Of a DNA stretch of 64,000 nt, positions 44,263 to 52,932 are shown piece by piece. The DNA lies in NCBI GenBank assembly GCA_963752515.1, contig CAVVYO010000006.1, positions 466,284 through 530,283 on the forward strand, written 5' to 3'. Every line of letters starts with the position of its first letter. The first letter of the stretch is position 1. This stretch comes from Candidatus Glassbacteria bacterium. GTDB lineage: Bacteria; Gemmatimonadota; Glassbacteria; GWA2-58-10. The notes beneath the pieces are model-generated. The model was not told the DNA's origin, did no database searches, and worked only from the letters and a program-made list of their open reading frames with translations. Both the position numbers and the translations under genes were made by a program.

Positions 44263-46182
44263 TCAGGGCAGCTCGACATACACCGGCTCGGACTCGTTGC
44301 CCTGGCGATCCACCGCGGTCAGCGCATACCAGACCGGCCCGGTCGCGGGAGCGGTCCAATCCAGATACCCGGTCTCCGCGTGGGGCGGCGAGACAATTCT
44401 CCGGCGTTGCTCGATCGCCGGCCGTCCCTGCTCCGAGGCGTAGAGGTTGTAGTAGCGCAGGTCCCGATCCCCGCTCGCCTGCCAGCTGAGCCGGATCAGG
44501 CCCTCCCGGCGCTCGGCCGCGAAGCCGGACAGCCTGGCCGGCGACACCCGGTCCCACCCCTTGACTGTCGCGCCGCCGCCGGTGCGGGCGCTGTCGCTCT
44601 CCAGCCGCGACCACTCCTCGGCGGTCACCGCGTAGAGGTAATTCTTCCCGCTCCGGGCGGAGCTGTCGGCGAACCCGGTCCCCGGCACCGCCTCCGGCGT
44701 GATCTCCCGGAAGCTCGCGCCGTCATCCTCGCTGCGGTAGACATGGTAGCCCCTGACCTCATGGGACAGGGCATGCGGCCGCCATGTCACGACTGTCGCC
44801 TCACCCTGGCCGCCGACCTCGACCGCGACCGGCGGGTAGGGCCGTCGGAAGACCGCGATGTAGCTGCCGGTGTACTGGTTGGTCGGCATCAGCATGCTGG
44901 AATGAAACCAGGCCTTGGTGGCGTCCGGGCTCTGGTTGGGCCGGGGGATCGCATCGTAGCCGCCCTCATCCTCGCCACGGCGGCGGTCGAAGGGCGTGCA
45001 GATGATCCGCAGCTGCGAGCCATCGAACCGGCCCGCCACCAGCCGTCGGGAGTAGGGGCTGTCGGTGGTCGGGGTCCCCACCGAGTAAAAAAACCATTCC
45101 GGGTCGTGGCCGCACCAGCTCGGGTGGCCATCCGAAACCTCGGCCAGCAGCACCGGTGCTTTTCCGGGGAGCTGCACGTACAACCCGGAAGGCTTGCCCC
45201 GCACCGAGCCCGAGAACCCCGCCCGGTCGTCCGGCGGCCCATACCAGAGGTGGGCCATCTGCACCCCGAAGGGGTCTTCCGGCGCGGGTTCATCGATGAA
45301 CCGCCCCTGCTCCGGGTCCACCCGCATCAGGATCTCGCCCAGCGCCTGATCCTCATATCCGCCGCGGATCTGCAGCCGGCTGCGCATGAACCGGAAGCTG
45401 CCGGGATGGACCTCACCCTTCAACGGGCAGGTCAGGCAGAACAGCGGGTCTCCGGGGTCACGGTTGAGGTTGATCACGTAGCAGTTGGGGTGGGCGCCGC
45501 TTTCCTCCACCAGCATGAAATTGCTGTCGCTGATCTCCTGGATGATTTTGCTGTCAGGCTTGGGAAACCTGAAGATCGGCTCGGAGCGGTTATCCAGCTC
45601 CCCCCGGCCGAGGGTAACCCGCCAGAGGGTATCGCCCGCGGTGAAGTAGAGCGTGCCGGGCCGGGCCTGGTCCCAGTTGTTGAACTTTTCCTGGTGGAGA
45701 CGCAGCCGGCCCTCGTAGTTGCCCCAGAGCTTGCGTCGGCCGGAGCCATCGGCATTGGCGATGTAGCTGTTGCCCGCCCACCGTCGCTGGTGGAGCGCTC
45801 CGGTGAGATGGTTCCAGAACGCCATGCTCCCGATGAACGAGAGGTACTGCCCGTTGCAGCTCCAGGCCGAGCGGCGCTCGATGTTGGCCAGGTCGGTGCA
45901 GAGCTCGCGGGTCAGGCTCCAGAGCTCGGTCCCGGTCTCCAGGTCCCGATAGATCAGCACCTCCGGCTGATAGAAGCCATCGGAAACGAGTTGCTGAAAG
46001 GGCTTGTCCTGCAGCCGGGAAATCCGGCCGGTCACTTCCTCCAGCTCCTGGTAGACCGTAAGTCCGGTCTCCTGCGCGCACAGGGATGCCGCCAGCCCCA
46101 GCGCCAGGAGCGCGGCCAGGAGCGGAATGCTGGAAATCAAGCTGCGGCGGCCGATCGACTCCCGATCCTGGCGATCTTCCAT
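44263..46182 (-). CDS. Secreted beta-propeller protein (TolB/oligogalacturonate-lyase-like) with two C-terminal fibronectin type III domains
   Basis: Start MEDRQDRESIGRRSLISSIPLLAALLALGLAA (46182). Propeller-like repeats (..YRDLETGTELWSLT.., ..ANADGSGRRKLW..). Two FN3-like units (..VTWRPHALSHEVRGYHVYRSEDDG..YLYAVTA.. and ..LSWQASGDRDLRYYNLYAS..VWYALTAVDRQGNESEP). Catalytic assignment is uncertain. Confidence 0.75.
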   Translation of the reverse strand: MEDRQDRESIGRRSLISSIPLLAALLALGLAASLCAQETGLTVYQELEEVTGRISRLQDKPFQQLVSDGFYQPEVLIYRDLETGTELWSLTRELCTDLANIERRSAWSCNGQYLSFIGSMAFWNHLTGALHQRRWAGNSYIANADGSGRRKLWGNYEGRLRLHQEKFNNWDQARPGTLYFTAGDTLWRVTLGRGELDNRSEPIFRFPKPDSKIIQEISDSNFMLVEESGAHPNCYVINLNRDPGDPLFCLTCPLKGEVHPGSFRFMRSRLQIRGGYEDQALGEILMRVDPEQGRFIDEPAPEDPFGVQMAHLWYGPPDDRAGFSGSVRGKPSGLYVQLPGKAPVLLAEVSDGHPSWCGHDPEWFFYSVGTPTTDSPYSRRLVAGRFDGSQLRIICTPFDRRRGEDEGGYDAIPRPNQSPDATKAWFHSSMLMPTNQYTGSYIAVFRRPYPPVAVEVGGQGEATVVTWRPHALSHEVRGYHVYRSEDDGASFREITPEAVPGTGFADSSARSGKNYLYAVTAEEWSRLESDSARTGGGATVKGWDRVSPARLSGFAAERREGLIRLSWQASGDRDLRYYNLYASEQGRPAIEQRRRIVSPPHAETGYLDWTAPATGPVWYALTAVDRQGNESEPVYVELP

Positions 46183-46379
46183 GATGAAAACTCCCCAAGG
46201 GCTGAGGTGGCTGTCATCCGCTGCACCTGGAGGCGACGGGGCCCGGCGACGGCCGCCCGAAGCCCGCGCTCCCGCAGCACGGCTCGGCGAGATTCGCCCC
46301 GGCTGCCATGTAGATAACATCCGAGGCCTTTCCAGTCAATACGCGCCATGAGCGGAGACCCCAGGCGCTCCCTGCCGCC

Positions 46380-46745
46380 GGTGCAGTGACCACCATCACA
46401 CCCCCCTGGCAGCTAAAGTTGCCCTCCCCCCTCCAGGGGGGACTTGACAGCCTGCCGCCCAATCGTGTGCGTCGCTGCCTAGAGTGTGTGATGAACTCCA
46501 GTGTCTTGCGCGGTAGCCGTGGCCGCTGACACAGGCACACACCCCGGCCCGCTTGCAGCGGGCCACCCCTCTCAAGAGGGGATCATAACCGCTTGCGGCC
46601 CAATGTTTTCGCCATGGCCGGGGCGAAGCGGAAACAGTCCCCCCTCGAGGGGGGTGGCCCCGCGGTCAGCGGGGCCGGGGGGTGTGCTTCCGAGAGCCCT
46701 CCTCAGGCGGATCACGACTTAAGATCTGCTTGACATAACACTAGC
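46380..46745. repeat. Degenerate locus of the MITE-like family: end fragments plus one complete multi-hairpin module (46535-46687)
   Basis: CATCACACCC (46395-46404) is a solo right-end-like fragment. CTAG + AGTGTGTGATGAACTCC (46479-46499) is a left-end-like sequence. The module GCACACACCCC..GGCCCGC-ttgca-GCGGGCC..CCCCTCT-ca-AGAGGGG..CCCCCCT-cg-AGGGGGG..GGCCCCGC-ggtca-GCGGGGCC..GGGGGGTGTGC follows. The right end is not clearly defined. Confidence 0.65.
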
Positions 46746-46830
46746 GGTCGGACTGTCAGTCGGAGCGAAACCGGTACGGCCGGGCTGCGAGCGGCGATGC
46801 GGGACAGACCCCGTGCAAGCTGCCGCCCGT

Positions 46831-47940
46831 TCAGGCCGCTCGGCCCGAGTCCCGCCCGGCCCCGGCCTGGAGGATCGGGGCGACCGCCCGGTCGGCGGCG
46901 ATCCGCTCCAGGCGATGGTTCAGGCGCTCCAGGCTGAGGATTTTCGCGCCGGAGGGATGCTGAGCGCAGATCCGTTCCCTGAGCCATGGCCCGAGCAGCT
47001 CGCCCAGGGCGGCGTAGCGCCCGGAGAACACGATCGCATCCAGTCCGCCCAGCGCGGCGATGCCCGCGCCGCAGGCCTGGAGCATCCGGTAACGCAGCAG
47101 CTCGGCCGCGTGCGCCAGGTTCGGCTCCCCGGAAAAGAAAACCTCGTCCAGGCGCACCGGAGCTCCGGTCAGGCCGAGCAGGCCGCTGCGCCGGGTCAGG
47201 GTGTCATCGATCTGCTCCGGCCCCCAGCCCAGGCGCTCCGCCAGGGCGATCACCAGGCTCGGATCAATCTCGCCGCAGGAGGTTTCCCCGGGCAGCCCCT
47301 CGAACGGGGTGGCTCCGCCCGTGACCATCAAGGGCAGATGTCCCAGCACCGCGGCCACCTCGGGACGCGGCTCCAGGCAGATCGAGAGGAACCTTCCCGG
47401 GGAGCCGGCCCCGGCCTGCCGCCGCTGGTCGGCGGCCAGGCGGCAGGCGGCCTCGTGGTAGAGGCCGTGGTGACCGAAACGCCGCAGCCCCAGGGCCTGC
47501 ATCATCCCGCTCTCCAGGGCGTAGGAGTACTCCCGGGCCGGCAGGGCGGCAAAAAAAGCGGTCTCGCAAACCAGCACCACGGGCGTGGGGCTGAACACTT
47601 CGCCGGCGGCGCGGACCAGCGCCGCGGCGGAGGGAACGTGGAGCGGGGCCTGCGGCGCCAGCGACTCCAGGCGGGCCAGGACCTCCGGCCCGGCCAGCTC
47701 CGGTCCCCGGAACCGGTCGCCCCCGTAACGGATCAGCACCGCCACGCCATCGACCGGCTCGCCGCCGAGTCCGGACAGCGGTTCCCCGCGCAGCTTCTCC
47801 AGGCAGGGAACCAGCCCGGTCCGGTCCTCGGCGGTCGGGAGCAGCTCCAGGGAGCCGCTGCGGAGCGGCCGGTCCGCTGTCCCGCGGAACAGGTGGAATT
47901 TCAGCTTTCTGCGGCTCAAGCCCAGCACCAGAATCTTCAC
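46831..47940 (-). CDS. Divergent acetate/propionate-kinase-family (ASKHA) paralogue with degenerate catalytic motifs
   Basis: GTG start 1 nt after the ackA stop. The motifs that align to ackA are changed: LGLSRRKLKF replaces NCGSSSLKY, ETAFF replaces DTAFH, FGHHGLYH replaces YGFHGISH, and GGLDAIVFSGRYAALGE replaces AVIFTDTIGE. Confidence 0.75.
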   Translation of the reverse strand: MKILVLGLSRRKLKFHLFRGTADRPLRSGSLELLPTAEDRTGLVPCLEKLRGEPLSGLGGEPVDGVAVLIRYGGDRFRGPELAGPEVLARLESLAPQAPLHVPSAAALVRAAGEVFSPTPVVLVCETAFFAALPAREYSYALESGMMQALGLRRFGHHGLYHEAACRLAADQRRQAGAGSPGRFLSICLEPRPEVAAVLGHLPLMVTGGATPFEGLPGETSCGEIDPSLVIALAERLGWGPEQIDDTLTRRSGLLGLTGAPVRLDEVFFSGEPNLAHAAELLRYRMLQACGAGIAALGGLDAIVFSGRYAALGELLGPWLRERICAQHPSGAKILSLERLNHRLERIAADRAVAPILQAGAGRDSGRAA

Positions 47941-47941
47941 T

Positions 47942-49162
47942 TCAGACCTCCATGAGTGTCAGTCGCTCATTCAAGGCTTGACAGGTTTTCCTGGCGATCG
48001 CCAGTTCCTCGTTGGTGGCGACCACCAGCACCCGCACCGCGCTGTCGTCGGCCGCGATGTCGGCGGGCAGGGGACCGGGGTCCAGGTTCAGTCGCGGGTC
48101 CAGCTTCACCCCGAAATCCTCCATCGCCGCGCAGGTGGTCCCGCGCACCAGCGGGACGCTTTCGCCGATCGTATCGGTAAAAATGACCGCGTGGCAGGGG
48201 CCCACGCTGAGCAGGTAGGCGCCGAGGTATTTCCTCAGCCGCCAGAGATAGACCTGCGCGGCCGCCTCCAGACTGCGGTCCCGCGGATCGCCAGTCTCCA
48301 GGGCCTTGAGCACGTCCCGGATGTCGGCCGAGATCCGGCTGAGTCCCAGCACGCCGCTCTGGCGGTTGAGCAGCCGTTCCACCTGCCGGCTGTCCCCGCC
48401 GCTGTGGTCGATCAGCCTGAGGGTCGCCGCCGGGCCGAGGTCGCCGCAGCGGGTGCTCATCACCAGCCCCTGGAGCGGGGAGTAACCCATGGTGTTGTCG
48501 ACCGAGCGGCCGCCCCGCACCGCGCAGAGGCTCGCTCCGCCGCTGCCCAGGTGGCAGCTCACCGCATTGAACCGTGATAGCGGCACGCCCAGCCGCCGGG
48601 CCGCCTCCCCGACCACGAACTCGTGGCTGATCCCGTGGAACCCGTACTTGCGCAGTCCCAGCGTCGCGGCAAGCTCCCGCGGCAGGGCGTAGTCCCGGGC
48701 GTAATCCGGGATCCCGGCGTGGAAAGCCGTGTCCGGGACAATCACCTGGGGCAGCTCCGGGTAGATTTCGGCGCAGGCCCGAATCAGGGCGATGGTCGGC
48801 GGGTTGTGGATCGGGGCCAGGCCCTCGACCAGGGACAGGCGCTCGAGGTCCCCCCTGCCCACCACGCTTTCGGTCTCGAACAGCTCCCCGCCGTGCACCA
48901 GCCGGTGCCCGAGCGCCTCGGGCAGGGCGGCCGGACTGCCGCCCAGCAGTTTCATCACCTGGCGGAAAGCCTCGGCGTGGTCCGGCATGGCGACCCGCAC
49001 CTCACGCTCGCCGCCTTCCGCCCGGTGGATGATCCGCGGAGGCTCGGCGGTGGGAGGCCCGACCCGCTGGGCCTCCCCTCCCGCCAGCTCACGTTCCGAG
49101 GGCATCTCGATCAGGCGGTATTTCAGCGAGGAACTGCCGCAGTTAAGCACCAGAATCCGCAT
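47942..49162 (-). CDS. ackA: Acetate kinase
   Basis: MRILVLNCGSSSLKYRL, HRLVHGG, PDTAFH, YGFHGISHE, CHLGSGGAS, MGYSPLQGLVMSTRCGDLGP, IFTDTIGE. I take the start at 49162; the track ORF starts at 49201. Confidence 0.9.
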   Translation of the reverse strand: MRILVLNCGSSSLKYRLIEMPSERELAGGEAQRVGPPTAEPPRIIHRAEGGEREVRVAMPDHAEAFRQVMKLLGGSPAALPEALGHRLVHGGELFETESVVGRGDLERLSLVEGLAPIHNPPTIALIRACAEIYPELPQVIVPDTAFHAGIPDYARDYALPRELAATLGLRKYGFHGISHEFVVGEAARRLGVPLSRFNAVSCHLGSGGASLCAVRGGRSVDNTMGYSPLQGLVMSTRCGDLGPAATLRLIDHSGGDSRQVERLLNRQSGVLGLSRISADIRDVLKALETGDPRDRSLEAAAQVYLWRLRKYLGAYLLSVGPCHAVIFTDTIGESVPLVRGTTCAAMEDFGVKLDPRLNLDPGPLPADIAADDSAVRVLVVATNEELAIARKTCQALNERLTLMEV

Positions 49163-49175
49163 CGGTCCCCTCCGG

Positions 49176-50417
49176 TCAGATTTCATCCGAGGTCCAGCCA
49201 TAGACCGGAATCCCGATCAGGCTATGGGCGATCGCGGCGGTCCCGTAGGTGGCCTCCAGGATGGAAGCGAGCTCGACATACTCATCGGCGGCATGGGCCT
49301 GTTCCTCGCGCCCCGGGCCGTAGCCGATGGTCGGAATGCCGTAGCGGCTGACCAGCGTGCCGCCGGCGGTGCCCATCCCCGGGCGTTCCAGCTTCCACTT
49401 GCCGGTCTCGCTGGCGCACCCGGCCGCCGCCAGCGCCTGGCGGGAGCGCTCGACCAGCGGGTGGAAGGGATCGGTGTACCAGGCCAGCAGCTCCCGCTCG
49501 ACCATGACCTTCCTGCCGTTGTACAGCCGCTGGGTCTCCTGGCGCACGGCCACCTCCACCGCCACATCCCGTACCGGCTGGGTGAGCATGCTGACCTCAT
49601 GCTTGAGTTGGCCGATCACCGCCGCGGGATTCTCGGACTGCCCGATCCGCCGGGCGAGCTGGATGCTTCCGCGCCGCACGCCCCGGGCCTCGGCCTGGGC
49701 ATCGAAAGCAGGGGAGCCGATCCGCAGGGAATCCGCCTGCGTGCGGCTCGAGCCATCGCTGCGCTCCAGGCGCAGGTCCTCGTAGATCGCCCGCACGGCA
49801 TCGTCCACCTGGAACGGGTTGGCCCCCTCGACCTGGATGTCCAGTTCCAGCCAGCCATCGTGCCCGTAGTAGAGGCCCAGGCCGGTGGGCTCGCCGAGGA
49901 TGGTGTAATCGGGTTTGAGCCCCAGTTCCGGCAAGGTCTGCTCGATCAGGGTCGACAGCCCCACGCTGGCGCCGTTTTCCTCCGCGACTGTCGCCGCCAC
50001 CACCAGGTTGCCCTTGAGCGGCAGCATGCTGCGGTAAAGCAGGGCTCCGGCCATGACCTGCGCGGCCAGACCGCCCTTGCAGTCCGCCGCACCCAGGCCG
50101 TAGAGCCGTCCATCCCTGATCTCGGCGCCGTGCGGATCGACACTCCAGCGCCCGGCCGCCCCGACCGGGATCGTGTCCAGGTGGCTCTCCAGCAGCAGGG
50201 TCGATTTGGGCGCGCGCCCGTAGAGCACGCCGATGACATTGCCGGCATTGTCCCGGAACACCTTGTCATAGCCGAGCCGATTCATCCGGTGCTCCACCAG
50301 CGCGGCCGCGGCTTCCTCGGAGAGACTCTCACTGGGGGTGCGCACCAGTTCCCGGGTGAATTCCACCACCTCTTTTTTCAGCCCTTGCATCTGGTCTTTC
50401 AGCATGGCGTACATCAT
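49176..50417 (-). CDS. M20-family metallohydrolase (YgeY-like)
   Basis: ..ELVRTPSESLSEE.., GNVIGVLYG, LLLESHLDTIPVG....W..DPHGAEIRDGRLYGLGAADCKGG, and the C-terminal ..GIPTIGYGPGREEQAHAADEYVE. Start taken at MMYAMLKDQ (50417), with an AGGAG RBS. Confidence 0.85.
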   Translation of the reverse strand: MMYAMLKDQMQGLKKEVVEFTRELVRTPSESLSEEAAAALVEHRMNRLGYDKVFRDNAGNVIGVLYGRAPKSTLLLESHLDTIPVGAAGRWSVDPHGAEIRDGRLYGLGAADCKGGLAAQVMAGALLYRSMLPLKGNLVVAATVAEENGASVGLSTLIEQTLPELGLKPDYTILGEPTGLGLYYGHDGWLELDIQVEGANPFQVDDAVRAIYEDLRLERSDGSSRTQADSLRIGSPAFDAQAEARGVRRGSIQLARRIGQSENPAAVIGQLKHEVSMLTQPVRDVAVEVAVRQETQRLYNGRKVMVERELLAWYTDPFHPLVERSRQALAAAGCASETGKWKLERPGMGTAGGTLVSRYGIPTIGYGPGREEQAHAADEYVELASILEATYGTAAIAHSLIGIPVYGWTSDEI

Positions 50418-50463
50418 CTCGCTCCTGTTTGAGTTGTGGTTGTTGCGGAACGCCTGAGATAAA

Positions 50464-50479
50464 AGCAACCGGCGTGCCA
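50464..50479 (-). promoter_or_regulatory. Sigma54 (-24/-12) promoter of the M20-ackA-ack2 operon
   Basis: The minus strand reads TGGCAC-GCCGG-TTGCT, a perfect match to TGGCAC-N5-TTGCW. It lies ~47 nt upstream of the ATG at 50417, and a sigma54 enhancer-binding protein is encoded divergently. Confidence 0.75.
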
Positions 50480-50616
50480 TCCCGGCATCCTGATCTCAAA
50501 CGCCTGTCATGTCCGGAGATGGAGCATTCAGAACTCTTTACTTTCCGGCGCCGGTATTTTATTTTGAAAGAGTGTTATTCCATAATGAAGCAGCCTGGGA
50601 GCTCAAGGAGTCCGCG

Positions 50617-52257
<1,641 letters not shown>

Positions 52258-52267
52258 GCGTCCTGAT

Positions 52268-52383
52268 CCGGGTGGAGGGCGGAAATCCACGATTAGATCA
52301 GGATTTTCCGCCCTCCCCCCGAGACGCCCTCCCCCAGAAACGCCCTCCCCCGGCCCCCCTCCCACCTTCCCAGACTTTTTCGC
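52268..52383. repeat. G/C-rich hairpin intergenic repeat, copy 5 (inverted orientation, extended)
   Basis: CCGGGTGGAGGGCGGAAATCCACGAT-tag-ATCAGGATTTTCCGCCCTCCCCCC, then a tandem ACGCCCTCCCCC x2, then ..CCCACCTTCCCAGACTTTTTCGC. Confidence 0.75.
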
Positions 52384-52516
52384 TGGTTGAGTGCTCCAGG
52401 TCGGACCGCAGGTCTGAATGAGGAGCCGGGAACCGACAATTCTGAATCCAAATCCGGAAAAGAGTTGTCTAATCAGACAAGAAGTCGAAAACTTCGCCCC
52501 TCAACCGGAGATCAAG

Positions 52517-52618
52517 ATGGACACCAGAGAAAAGATCAGATTCCTGAGCCAGGCGGTCCTCTGCGCCGTGGTTTATTTCGCGATCCTCGCCCTGCCTTAC
52601 GAGCTCGCCGCGCTGTAA
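52517..52618 (+). CDS. Possible 33-aa hydrophobic micro-protein (very tentative)
   Basis: ATG preceded by CCGGAG 7 nt upstream. Sequence MDTREKIRFLSQAVLCAVVYFAILALPYELAAL has one TM-like helix. It lies in a locally lower-GC intergenic stretch. No other support. Confidence 0.25.
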   Translation: MDTREKIRFLSQAVLCAVVYFAILALPYELAAL

Positions 52619-52698
52619 GCTTGCTGCCGAAGATCATCGGGAAGACCGCCCGTACTCCCCCTGCAGCCGCCCCGCCGGACGGCTGTTTTGATGCGGGA

Positions 52699-52761
52699 GC
52701 TGCCGGCCGGACCGGGCGAGCCGGTTCCCTTGATTTCTCCGGAAATCTCTTCTACCTTCCC
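52699..52761 (+). promoter_or_regulatory. Conserved upstream module (copy 2) containing a promoter-like TTGATT-17-TACCTT
   Basis: GCTGCCGGCCGGACCGGGCGAGC....CTTGATTTCTCCGGAAATCTCTTCTACCTTCCC. TTGATT at 52730-52735 and TACCTT at 52753-52758, 175 nt upstream of the GH31 ATG. Confidence 0.4.
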
Positions 52762-52932
52762 AGCGGACACGGTCCGGGTGATCCCCGACCCCAACCGGGC
52801 GGCCCGCTCCGGACGCCGCAGTCGCCTGACCGTCCGGACCCGGTCGCGCCGACCTGCCGCCGTGACCGATGGAATCCGGGATCGGAGTTTCCTGTCCTTT
52901 AGCACCCTGGGCAATCCAACAAGGATGAACTC

